The notes under the pieces are model-generated. The model ran no database searches, had not been told where the DNA came from, and saw only the letters and a list, made by a program, of their open reading frames with translations. Source: Lingula anatina (Eukaryota > Animalia > Brachiopoda). From it: a DNA stretch of 64,000 nucleotides. The stretch covers positions 49,888,788-49,952,787 of the forward strand of contig CM120640.1 in assembly GCA_051362555.1 (NCBI GenBank), read 5' to 3'. Shown in pieces: positions 25,801 to 37,700 of the stretch. Numbering within the stretch: the first letter of the stretch is position 1; every line of letters begins with the position of its first letter. Both the position numbers and the translations under genes were made by a program.

Positions 25801-28800
25801 GTTCCACATTCCACGGAACTGCTCTCCAAACGCGGTCCCCATCTCCCAGCCAAACTCTGAGCACACCCGCCGAGCGTGGTCGTACTGCAGAGCCGAGGGA
25901 CTGCTGCTGAAGCACTGGTTGACATCAAAGATGCAGAAGTCGTCTCTGGGATACGGGTGACCGTACATATCTGGAAAAGGGTTGCACACTAATATATGTA
26001 ATTGTAGCCCCCAATATAATAACGGCAGAGGACACATAAAACCTTCACACCAAAGATTAAAACTCAACGGCCTTATTTAAATCCAAAATGTCTGCTACAA
26101 ATTTATAAAATGATAACATACGATGTTAGTTTTTAAATGTACTAAAATACATAGTTCTTATGAATTGAATTCAAAATGATCCTTTTATTATGATTTAGCA
26201 CATAACGGCCTTTGAGCTGCAACCTACCCCAATCACTGCATACAAAAGGCAGACGTTCCTCACAATTTGCATATTCAAGTGCATAACCTGCAGTGCGATT
26301 GATAAAAGGGCAGCCAGCGACTGTGCTGTTTATTGAAGTATCGTTCCCTCCGAGCACTGCAAAGATTTTGAAGAGATGTAGAATTATATACTGACAGTCA
26401 CTGAAAACGCATCAGAAAACTTTCTTGTACTTTTTTTTTTACCAACCATATAAACAAATGCACTTGTTTGGTCATAAGAGAATGGGCTGACCACTCGGAT
26501 GTTTAAAATTTCCGCTTCATTGATTTTGTGATCAGCTGTTACAAAATCATGTGTTTTCCCTGTCTCGTGATTGGTGTGAATTGTTGCAGAAAAACTCCTA
26601 GTTTAAGGTGATGTCAGAGGTCAGCACTAAAGATTTTGTGTAGGCCTAATTACTCACATTCTGCCGTAGCCTCAGAGACCCATAAAGACGACAACGTGTG
26701 GGAACCCACTGCCACATCTATAGCTCGCTCAACGGCTGGGCTATTTAGGTCCCACAATCTGAATTCACCCCATTTGTTATTACAGTTTTCTTTTGCTCTG
26801 TCATATGTGAGTGGATGGATTCCGATAGAATAACATCGTCTGGTCTCGTCCACACAGAAATTGGTGTCAATTGGCCGAATAGTAGTGGTCTCTGTGAAAG
26901 CAATAACATTTAGTAAAAAAAGTATGTATTTTATAATTAACCAATTATAAATGTGAAAGCAATTGACCCCAATTTAAAGTGGCGAAAATTTCTTGTATTC
27001 TTATGTATTTTTTGTACCAGCATGTCAATACAAAGTTATACGACAAGCATACAGAATTTCGTTACAGGGGTCACCTTTTCCAAGACAATTCACTTGATTA
27101 ATCATATATAACTTTTACTAAAAAATACTCACGGACAGTTTCATTTTGCTGCACGGCGTTGTTGCCACCGATATTCAACGTGAATTCGCACAGCGGTGGT
27201 AACTCAGCAGTGCAGTTCACAATGTCAGATATAGTGGTGTTGTCGTCACGTGTTTCCACGTAGTAACAGGCGAGTTGAGACGTAGTACTGTCGTTCGTTG
27301 AAGGGCCATCGGTCTCTAGGGCAGCTGCAATAATACGGTCCATGTACACTTTTTAAAACATGAATAAATTTATTTGTTTAAGACTTTAAAATTTGAAAAG
27401 ATTAAAGATGAACTTACACCCTGTACGTAAACAACATAAAGAATAGGCTATACATGACCTCAAACGTAGGGTAATTTGCACCAAGCACGAAATTATCACT
27501 CTTTCAAAATAAAACCAATAATTGTTTTGATTAGAATTAAAAAAAGTACTCTTAGAGGTCATTCAGAATGAGAAGAGCCGAGTGCTAGCTAGGCCACGGC
27601 TTAAATATGGCGGACCTACATAAAAGGAAGACCGCTTAATCCTGTAATGGTCTCTCCGTCTCTCACACGCCTCCCCACGCGTCGTCCCTGCAGGGGCCCA
27701 GTAATAAAATCCCGACTCAATTCAACCGGTCGAGGGACCACGCGCGGGGAGGCGTGAGAGAGGCGGAGAGACCATTATAAGATTTTAAGCGGGCTTTCTC
27801 TCATGTAGCTCCGCCTTATTTAGGTCGTGGCCTATGTAGCACTCGGCTCTTCTCACTCTGAATTGCCTCTTAAAAGTGTAAGCTTACATGGCTTGGGACA
27901 CAGATATCGGATCTCGTAGTCTCTACAACCAGAACCAGATTGATCAGAGTTTTTACAGACAAGACCCTCGGTTGGTGTACATCTGTGAGAGAGCACGTTT
28001 GGTGGTGATCCACTTGTTGTAGTAAAGATGGCGCCACTGCGTTTGACGCGGCACTGTGCTGAAATAGGGGAACCACTGGGGCAGACGGGTCCCAGTTCCT
28101 GTAATAATTTTTTCAAAGCAAAAGTGCACCTTGGACATACGTTTGTAGACTCGCTTTTTATCACACCGAACTAAGGGGAAGAATAAGACAAAATATGTGT
28201 TCACTTCAGTTAGTAATATTTTGGGAGAAATCAGGTTAAAATTTACATGATCCTCTAAGAAATTTAAGAGATCCTCTAAGAAATTGATAAGGTATTTATC
28301 ACAAACTCTCAATGGAGTTCAATATTTACATTTTGACCAGACAGAGTTTCCACGTCTCCGCTGCCGGATGGATTGTCTCTGTCAAACCACGCAGACCAAC
28401 TTAAGGCTGGAATTCAAAAGAAACAGCGATATAATAATACGATTCGGTCCATTTGTTTGGAACAATCTTTTTGCATTCATTGTATTTCAAAGAAAATATA
28501 GAATTCATCCAAAAGATGACAGGCTATCACAGGCGTATTTTATTCAAGCACAATACCTACCTGGCAAAGAAAGTTTTGAAAATAACTTTCTGAAAGAATG
28601 CAGTTTTGCCGTGTTTCGCGCAAAACATGTAAATAAGCCCTGTCACCATATCGTCCAGCTAATCATGTCAGTAACTGAATTGCAGATACATGTACTATTC
28701 AGGGGCGGATTCAGGATTATTTGAAGGGGGGGGGGGGTCCGCGGATGCGAAGCCGACCCTCCCTCCCTCCCACCCCCAACTTGGCAAATTGGTATTTTAG

Positions 28801-31800
28801 AGGGCGAACGGTGATATTTAGTACGGTTTAGAGCTACGATTCAGCTAGTCAAAATTCTAATTTCAAGAGGCAACCATAAATCTAAGGGTGGGATCAGGAC
28901 CCCCCCCCCCGCCTGACCACGTCTCTACATGTATATCTACCAGTGTTATCAATAGTTAAAATTTTACCAAATTATCAAACTACTAAAATTATGACCCACG
29001 CCAAAAGACGTAACGAAGAGTTTTTTCAATTTCCAAAAAGTATATGGTGGTATTTATTGAGGTATTTGAAATAAACATTCTAGATATTTTTTAGACATTA
29101 GACATTATACTAGCTTCCTGACAAGCTGCAGATTTTCTACTTTGGTAAAAATAAAATGGATCGATTGGAGAGTGTGAGAATGTGAGATGAGATTTTGTCC
29201 GTTTTATGTTTTTTTGTGTTAGAACACATAAATCTAGTAATAATCATTTTTATATTTTAAGTTGCTAGTCTGATGTTAATTGAGTTCCACTTGGACAAAC
29301 AAGTCTTCCCTTCGTTTACTTTTAATACAATAAAAATGTTATACGGACCTAGTAAAAATGAGTGTATACCATTTTATTTTGGAAGGAGAAAAGGTGGAAT
29401 GGGGTTATCTAAGAAGTCAATGCGACCCGTGACCTACTCTAAATCCGCCACTGACTAAAAAGTCCGAACCGTGCTATTTCTTGTCCCAGCACTACAAAGA
29501 TTGCAATTGCCTTACCATAAAAGCGGCTGAACCAGGATTATTGAAGGGGGCCCCGCGGATGCAAATAAAGATAAAGATAATAAAGATACATATATCGTTA
29601 TTTTCTCACCAGTTTTGGGTATGATATATCTTGGCGGTTAAAGTAAAATGAACAACATTTCCAGCCGAATTGAAATTATTGTTTTCTTACTCTATAAAAT
29701 CTTTCGCGCGTTGCGTGTCTTTAATTCCACTGTTACTTCATTAACGTTTCATTTCTCATACACGCGAAACGCTGCTGTAGACAACCACCTACTATAGACA
29801 ACTACCTACTACATTCGTCTTCTAATGGCTTGACCCAGTGCCATGTCCGGTCATGGAGATCATTTATACACAACCTCGATTTGGTTTAAAGCTTAATGTA
29901 TTAATAACTTCTTGTTTTTTATAACTCATATGGCTAATTTTAGAGGTATTTTTAATCAGTGCTCTATAGAAATCAAACATACTAGTAGATTATAAGCCAA
30001 AATTACCTGAACTTTCTACCCAAGCCATAGTTTCACCGTTGTAGGCGATGAGTGTGCTTATGTTCTTAACAAGTTGGTATTCCTGCAATACGGCCATTGT
30101 GGCCCCATGGACGCTGCATAACCCAGACGCCTGGTCGTAACTTAAGTTGTAGGGAAGCAATCCATAACATTTACCAATATCATCATAGCATACTGCTCTA
30201 CCATTTTCCAGGAGAGTTGGCAAGAGATACATCACACCGCCTCCATTTATTCCAGTAGGACCATTACCCGAATCAACATGTCCAGAGCTCCCGTTAAAGT
30301 CTCCACCGGGATAAAACCCAGAACTGTCGTTCCCCACAAAGGTTCCATTCATGATTCCAGATTCTACGTTATAGTCTCCACCGGGATAAAACCCAGAACT
30401 GTCGTTCCCCGCAAAGGTTCCATTCATGGTTCCAGATTCTCCGTTATAGTCTCCACCGGGATAAAACCCAGAACTGTCGTTCCCCGCAAAGGTTCCATTC
30501 ATGATTCCAGATTCTCCGTTATAGTCCCCACCGGGATAAAACCCAGAACTGTCATTCCCCGCAAAGGTTCCATTCATGATTCCAGATTCTCCGTTATAGT
30601 CCCCACCGGGATAAAACCCAGAACTGTCATTCCCCGCAAAGGTTCCATTCATGATTTCAGATTCTCCGTTATAGTCCCCACCGGGATAAAACCCAGAACT
30701 GTCATTCCCCGCAAAGGTGCCGTTCATCATTCCAGATTCTCCGTTATAGTCCCCAGGATAAAACCCAGAACTTCCGTTGCCCGCCAAGGAGCCATTCATG
30801 ATCCCTGAATCTCCATAATCGTTCCCGGCGAAGGGGCCGTTTTCAAATCCCAGACTTCCGTCATCAATAGGACGTGCATCTAAATCAAGACAAATTTATA
30901 GCCTTTAGCGAAATAAAAAAGCGCAAAAATGTGTCGCTCTGTGTCTAGTTGATGTCTTGCAAAAACGCTATTCTAAAATTCATAGTTTAAGGAATAAGAC
31001 TGTTATTAAGGCGTTTCTTAATCACAAAATTACTAAACTTTAAATCAACAACACCTTTTCGAAAGTTCTATTATCTTTAAGCGAGTGATGAAAAAAAGAA
31101 ATATCGTACCAGACATTTCACATAGAAAAGGATTATTTTCATTACAATTTGTAATGTCCCAGGTATAGTTACTATCGGCGCGCAAAAGTCCGCATCCCGT
31201 CCGATTTATTACGTGTATGAAATTGGTGTAATTTCCCAATGGAAAGTTACGTCCGGCCCATTTAAAACGGAGGCCTGAAAATGGATTGGTTGGTATTTAA
31301 TTATAAGTAACCAAAATAATAATGTATAAATATACGCAGATTTCATGCTTCACAAAAATTTTTCATTTTTACAATGCTTTGCAAGTAAGCTCTTACTTAT
31401 CCTGAACTAAATAAGTCTGTATACATTTATCCCATTTACTAACTTATTAATCAAATGCTCTCTACCATTTGAGTTATATGCCTTAAAAGCGGTCCAAACA
31501 CGTGTGCTGTTATGAAAGGCCAAAAGTGTCTGGATGCCCATCTGTGTAAATCTATTTGGAATATGGGCTAGATTTCCGCCTCCATCAGTACAATTTTTCT
31601 TAGCAAGGTTCCAGGTGGTCGCATCACTGTGGTAGTCAATGCACATCCACTCATGTGTTTCATTTTTGGCTTTACACCACTTGTGCATAGTCTGGGTCGT
31701 GTTATTGTTGGCTGAAATAAAAAGGACTTGATGAGATTTAGTAAACGAATGATTACAAAGTCTTGCATTAAAGGGATAATAACTCTTCGTTTCGACCAAA

Positions 31801-34738
31801 AAATGAATTTTCCTGGAGTAAACAACAATTTTCCCATACTTACCAATGGTTAATGAATCCATTTTACATTCAAAGTTAGTCCCTGGTTTTTTTCTAAAAA
31901 GTTTGTTTTTTTTTTTGTTGTTAAAATCTCTTAAGAGATTTTAACAGAGTATAGCCATCAATGGAGGTCACGTGGTCTAAAGACAAGCTCAGATATCAGA
32001 ATAATAGCTATAACTGCCGTTTTTGTGGTAAAACAGAATATATTATATTTCTATGAGTTGTTCACAATGTTTTTATTGTGAAATATAGATCTCATACGAA
32101 GAGTTACTATCCCTTTAAATTCAGATGCTTTTTAATATGTCACTGATTATCACTATACAGTATAATTGTTGGGTGTGTACCTAAATAATGTGCGTTTTGA
32201 GACTGGATAAATATCATTACAGTGGTCTCGGATGTTGTGTTTGTTAAGAGTACGTGAACATACAGAGTAGGAAGCACTTCACGAGACAAGACAACCGGTC
32301 TACCAAAAGATGAACATGGATAACGATTGTCATAGACGGCACAATATGCAAGTATAGACTAGTCATTCTCCATCAGATTTTCTATATCTTCATATTAATA
32401 TTAAAGTCTGCTGAGCACTTATTTCTTCAAGACAAAGAATGTGTGAGCAATGACAGAATGGTATAAGATATAAACACACTTTAACAGAAAAACACAGGAT
32501 GTAAAGACACAAAAAATGTTACCAAAAGGACACCACTAATAAGCCAACATACACAGAACACCATGGCAGATTATAAAAGGATATGCTATGACACAGGATA
32601 TAAGGATACTATGACACATACCAACACAGACTAGACGCCATGTCGTGGCAGACTGACACAGCTTTTACATATTACTAGTGCGACAGGACAGCACAGCCTT
32701 ACAGTAACAGGGATATCTAGCTATTCAACATCCATGCAGATTACAGAGCATAGCCTTTTAGAGTTATACATGTAGGACTATCTAACTACCAAACAATTAT
32801 TCAGATTAATGGTCGCAGTTTATCAACATGTCGACACTCCAACAGACAAGACGACAATGATACACCTTCAATTCTGCAAAATGGAATATCACAGTAGTCC
32901 CATGTATAATGATCAGTGGAATTAAGATAACACCAAGGACCCCCAGTGTCATGATCAGGATTCCTGCAGTAGTTCTCTGCAGCAGAGAGCGAGGCGTCTG
33001 GAAAGTCGTCAGCGCTAAGATAGTGACTGTTAGGAGTTTGACTGTCCCATCGCTGACACGTAAACAGCTCACGACTGAGAGATCTTGTTCCTTGATAGTC
33101 CAATCCCATGTGCGACGTTTTACAATCATTTCCTAAAATGTAGATGCACATCGAACGGTGTAAAATACATGTATATGATTTCCCTTTTCTTTAGTTTTCA
33201 CTTTTAAAAACGATCGTATGTTTACTTTAAATTGCGGAGAATAGATGCTCTGCATTTTAAACGGAGTTTCCATTACAATGGTAAAATGCTGTAATACCTG
33301 CTGTCTCTCATTCAATCTGATAATTGTTTAAAACTCTACGGTGTCCTTATATTTTTTGGAATAATGTGATAACCCTTAACTGAAATACGTACGCAAGATA
33401 TCTATTAGTTGACTAAACATAACGCAAATATGATCAAATTCATTATCGTTTTTTTTTACTAAAGGCCAGGCAAATGATTAAAGGTAAATGCATGAATAAA
33501 CATTTTACCTAAAAAACTGTTATAATGTAATATCTTTTAACTGATCTGCGTTTCTTGACTAAACACAGTGCATGTGTATAAGTTAAGCTTTGAGAAACTT
33601 GTTTTCATATGTACAGCCCAATAGGCAGAGGCGGGAAAGCAACATAAGTGAAGCAAATCACACACTGGTCACATTGGTTTTTAGCAGCAAAGTAATGAAA
33701 ATCTTAAGAAATGACAGTCAACGCTCATTTAAATAGGTCTACAATCTCGCTAACGTTTCTCATTTGTACATGTTACTCAGAAGTCATTCGACGCAAACGA
33801 CGTTTTAACGGTGATAAAAAGTAGGGTTTTGTAAAAAAGACAAAACACACACGCACACACTTGCTTGCGCTTTTATATGCAGTACCTACCGTGCCAGTAA
33901 GTATCTCCGCATATTGGGATCGCGCAACTTTCCCAAGAGTCGTCTGCTCTGTCGTCATCGATAAAGCACCACGGTCCTCCTGTGTCGTTGTCTGGATTAC
34001 GACAGAAGTTCCAAGCGTCCTCAAGGGTAGCGTCTGGGAAGTTACTGACAACAAATGAATGTCTGTTTGGCGTCTGAGAGGTCCAATTCTGACACCGGAA
34101 ACCCCCGCGAGTCACATTCATATGTCCTACATAGTCCCATCCCAACACTGTGTTTTTGCAGAAGGTACCTAGACAAGATATTATAAACTATGCAAGAATA
34201 AAGAATTTGCCAGAACCCACCGTTTTTTCTAACGACCAAACAAATAAATGTACGTTAATGAGCATTTTGCATTTTAACTAAAAGAAGTCACGATTTTAGC
34301 TATTCATTCCGTTATCCCTATCTGCTAAAAACTGCTAAAATTTTGCTTTGATTTAAACAACATCACTGCACCACAACCAACAACAAAAGTCAACCCAAGC
34401 GGCGAGTAAAACGAAAAAAAAAAACCTCCAGTATTAAAATTACATTTACCAAGGCCCTCAATATTTCGTTTAGATAGGCCTACAAGAAAGCCGTACGTAC
34501 CTCTGGAATGGCACGCTGTTTGGGTAAAAAGCATACCAAACTGAAACAAAAGAAAATACCGTCCATATTCACTTTGCTATAAAAAAATCGTTCTATTTCA
34601 TTAATTCAGAAACTTTTTGCTGGCGAAATATGATTATGTGATAATTGACTCAAAAAACTATTCTTTTTTCTAAAGATGGATTACTCTTCGTTGTTCTATA
34701 CTTACCAAGAGTAATACTGCCCACGAGTACTGCATCAT
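11867..34738 (-). CDS. Polycystin-1-like (PKD1L family) receptor/channel: signal peptide, kringle x2, C-type lectin, 25-aa repeat, split C-type lectin with WxxW/CysD insert, C-type lectin x3, kringle, beta-rich exon, Thr stalk, GAIN/GPS, TM1, PLAT, TM2-5, TOP and channel domain, C-terminal tail; about 35 exons
   Basis: The signal peptide MMQYSWAVLLL|FGMLFTQTACHS spans exons 34706-34738 and 34501-34540. PLAT motifs are VFTGMRRHAGTTANV and IWHDNSGKNPAWYL. PKD1 hallmarks are DDHIWLSVFKRPTRSRFSRVQRLSCC, LRMGPVRLRQARV, NWIDRYTRAVFVEYTINNANTNVF and FIMLNCFISVVCDT. The stop TGA is at 11867-11869. Confidence 0.92.
16976..17519 (-). CDS. PKD1L PLAT/LH2 domain exons (about 17348-17519 and 16976-17130)
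   Basis: YRVSVFTGMRRHAGTTANVFVVFYGSRGKT; FDRGSISNFLL...LGRLKHIQIWHDNSG. Confidence 0.88.
17870..21611 (-). CDS. PKD1L GAIN domain, degenerate GPS and TM1 exons
   Basis: Helical GAIN-A-like exons; FKRNPYTFGNGSEHVNSPV; ARVWDDATSSWKT; FFGSFCAGLFIPPNKIDF; DNPIVLIILCSIVCLYLLLVIWARRAD. Confidence 0.82.
22433..23104 (-). CDS. PKD1L ectodomain exon: beta-strand-rich segment followed by a poly-Thr mucin-like stalk
   Basis: Open 672-nt phase 1-1 exon with alternating hydrophobic/polar strands, ending STTTSTTTTTSTTTTTTPIPPTTTEEEK. Confidence 0.75.
23424..23690 (-). CDS. Kringle domain 3 exon
   Basis: YRG...CQRWDEQTPNSH...NFCRNPNNAPEGPWCYT...CDIPSC. Confidence 0.92.
24075..26891 (-). CDS. Three divergent C-type lectin-like domains, each in two exons (26658-26891 + 26228-26356; 25749-25970 + 25345-25518; 24541-24753 + 24075-24266)
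   Basis: First exons carry CY...L(T/Q/P)Y(D/E)xAxxxC...LW motifs and second exons carry GC...C.....(P/Y)FxC motifs; all exons are phase 1-1. Confidence 0.8.
27552..27872. mobile_element. Fold-back MITE, an approximately 320-bp near-palindrome in a PKD1L intron
   Basis: Left arm agaggtcattcagaatgagaagagccgagtgcta...ggtctctccgtctctcacacgcctcccc matches the reverse complement of right arm ggggaggcgtgagagaggcggagagacc...tagcactcggctcttctcactctgaattgcctct; flanks are TTA(A). Confidence 0.85.
27888..28406 (-). CDS. Mucin-type WxxW/CysD domain (exons 28330-28406 and 27888-28098)
   Basis: WSAWFDRDNPSGSGDVETL...CPSGSPISAQCRV...CTPTEGLVCKNSDQSGSGCRDYEIRYLC matches the CysD/WxxW consensus. Confidence 0.88.
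28700..28915. mobile_element. Fragment of a small GC-rich interspersed repeat (cagggggcggat.../...aatccgccactg-type termini); related pieces near 29440, 40376 and 51000-51175
   Basis: gattcagctagtcaaaattctaatttcaagagg occurs at about 28838 and about 51061, with poly-G/C tracts and similar termini. Confidence 0.55.
30290..30800 (-). repeat. Coding 75-bp tandem repeat (25 aa, GDYNGESGIMNGTFAGNDSSGFYPG), about 7 copies, in exon 30007-30879
   Basis: ccgggataaaacccagaactgtc recurs at 30306, 30381, 30456, 30531, 30606 and 30681, with a variant near 30753. Confidence 0.95.
31110..31711 (-). CDS. C-type lectin domain 1 (exons 31466-31711 and 31110-31274)
   Basis: TTWNLAKKNCTDGGGNLAHI...VWTAF; FKWAG...GCGLLRADSNYTWDITNCNENNPFLCE. 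Confidence 0.88.
31768..32118 (+). mobile_element. About 350-bp MITE with TTAA target site and AGGG termini (Kolobok-like), copy 1
   Basis: TIRs ttaaagggataataactcttcgt ... acgaagagttactatccctttaa; near-identical to 42956-43300. Confidence 0.88.
32866..33132 (-). CDS. Kringle domain 2 exon
   Basis: YQGT...CQRWDSQTPNSH...NYCRNPDHDTGGPWCY...CDIPFC. Confidence 0.92.
33890..34168 (-). CDS. Kringle domain 1 exon
   Basis: YVGHMNVTRGGFRCQNWTSQTPNRH...NFCRNPDNDTGGPWCF...CAIPIC. Confidence 0.92.
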
Positions 34739-37700
34739 ACAGGCATTGCTAAAAATGATGTATAAAAAGATAATAAGAATAGTAATTTGATAATGAAAAT
34801 GGAATTTAATATTTTTAAAAGCCAAAAGAACATATAATTTAAAAAAAATATTAATGAATGGTCTTGTTTTTCTAAAATGAAAATGTAATAAGGTTAGACA
34901 TGATTGAAAAGTTGGTAAACACGAGCGTCACTGCTTCCAATGTTGAGAAAATAAGATTTTTCATACCTATTTTTAAATGAAAAAAAAAAATGCATTGATA
35001 TTGGTTTTTAAGAAAAAGAAATACACAACTGGGCCCAGAAAAAACGTCAATGTCGTTAATTACTCTAAAATTGCCCACACTGTAGATTTGACACACTCTT
35101 AGTTACCTACTAGAAAAGTTATGTTTGTTAAACATCATAAAGTCTAATTAAAAAATACGTCTACCGACCCTGTTTATTGAGAGTCACCGCTCATTAACAT
35201 CAGGTGATTTTAAGCACATTTTTATTAGAAAAGAAACGTCGCGGTGATTCAAAGCTACTGATCTAAGCAATTATTTTGATGAGGCCTATTCCATCGATAA
35301 TATGCCCGAGACATAGGCGTGCTAATACATACATGTAACCGAGACGGGCAGGGAATTTATCAAACGGGAGAACGGCCACAACATAATGTTTCTTTTATTA
35401 TGTTATTATGCGTATCAATTTTATACTGCAGATGCAAGAAGGGTGCTATCAAAAGCTGTGTTATGATTTCATTAGCGAGTATATTACGGTGACTCGCTTT
35501 TCAATTCAACTTCAGCGAATTCGCATCTAAGCGATTAAATCAGCAAAATGGTTGTCAACATCTATTACCTCACCGCAGTAAACAAATGCATTCAAATTAG
35601 TAAGCAACACAGAAATATATTTGTAATGAGAAACTGAATCCTAATTGCATATAATGTTACAAATCTATGATGCAAAATACCGCACCCACTGTCCAAGAAG
35701 TATGTTTGTAAGTTTTGAAAAATTAGGAAACTGTGCATCAGGACCAACATTGATAAAAAATCTGAATACCTCTTTCAGATTAAAAGACGAGTAAATGCCT
35801 TGTCGGTGTATTATTATAATGCGGTGGTCTATACAGTGTGCTATTGATCCGGCCTATATGTACCATGTACTTCTCGTGATAATTTGCACAGGTTTATATA
35901 CCAGTGAAAAGTGGGATTACTGAAGCCCATTGTCAGCATTGCCTATACTCAAGCCACATACATGTATGTTGAGAAAGTCATAATTCAGCCTGAATGAAGA
36001 TCGTTTTAGACATTTTAAATCATTTTAATTTTTAGAATCAGAAAATATAAAATCGAAATTGATAACAGGGGAAGAAAACTAAAATACTACAATTTTAATG
36101 CACGATCTTTTTAATTTCTTCACATTTCTTCTTTAAAAATCATGATGTTCAATTAGTTATCTTTCACGAATCACCGCTCAAAAGAGAACAAAGCACCATT
36201 GTCTTTTGCGAGAAATGAACAACATGCGTGGGGTGACGGTTCCTATTTCAGCCCGCACAGAAAAACAATTCTCCATTTCATAGGATTATAAAAAACATCA
36301 CACCCACTGTCGCATGTGTACTTGATAATATCTGAAAAACCATTCGGTATAAATATAAATAAATAAAAGAAATTTTATCTGCTTACATTGCATAGTTTGT
36401 CCTTTGGCACTGCAACGTTTTGGCTCAATAGCCACCCAAAATGACCATGGCCTAAAACACCATGTCAAAATTTCTTGTAGTTTTTTTTTTCTTTGGTTGG
36501 TGGACTTCTTTCTGACTGTAACAGCCTCCACTTAGACGGTAATACCATGTATAATCAGAAATTAATTGAGTCAAAAAATTCAATGTTAAGAGTCAACACA
36601 ATGTGGTTGTTTTAAATGTACCTATATTTCATATACATTATTTGTCACATTTTAATGATTTTTTTGCAAATTAAACTTTGTTTAGCCAGTGTAGAAAAAA
36701 TGCACGTATTCTTGTAACTGTCTTTTATTTAACAAGGATCATCGTACTTTCTTCCAGGGTATTCTGAAGTAATTTCTTCACATTATTGGTTTAATATCAG
36801 TCCTCTACCATATTAGTTGCCATTTTATAGGAAAATCTATCTCTAACCATTCCCATCTTTCTAATTTTCGAGGTACACTTCAAATTTTGCGGGATTCTTA
36901 TATTATTTGAAAACACTTCCCCTCTTTACGTATTCGACAGCATTATAGTCTTAGCGGTCTTTCTGTGTGTCTTAGGATTTGCACTTTTCCGATTTATCTA
37001 CACTGGTAAGCCTAGGTGTAATCGGTGATGTGATGTGCAAATGTCTATTCATTGCACTTTTTTGTCTTTCATAATGAAAGTTTTAAGCCGCCGCTGTGTT
37101 TCTATTTTTTCTGTGGCAGGTACATATACAAATTGATCAGGAAAGTAATAAAATTATGAGATATCCGAATAAAAAGTACTGGATAAGGATCTTAGTTTTA
37201 AATGTAATTAGTCAAAGGTTGATTTGATTAATGGACGTAGGACATAACATCATTTTGATTTCGAGTCATTTTAACAGCCTAAAATAACATTTTCGAGGCA
37301 AAACAATTTCCTCAAACATAAAAAAACAAGCAATTTAACTGTCCATGTTCTATTTCTCCCATCTTTTATTTGAATCTAAGATCCGCAAAATGTACAGTTA
37401 TATAATTTGATATGATACACAAAATAGATAATAATATAATTTGAATGGAAGTAAGACTACCGCTGCTGTGAACCATTATCACGTATATATATATGCATAA
37501 AATCCACAACAAGCTATAAAGACAAGCAATACAATTCTTACCGAAAATTCTCCTTTTCCTTGGCACGAAACTTTTCACTGTTCTGCCCTATCAAAAGTTG
37601 ATAAAAAATGTATCCAAATAACATGAAATTCACAGTATACGTCCTCAGAAGTAGTTTTGCAGCTGGTGACTGTTTTTGACGATTTTATTCTACGAGTCTC

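Noticed and set aside
30278-30808. 176-aa + strand repetitive ORF
   Set aside because: It is the antisense shadow of the 75-bp coding repeat in the PKD1L exon.
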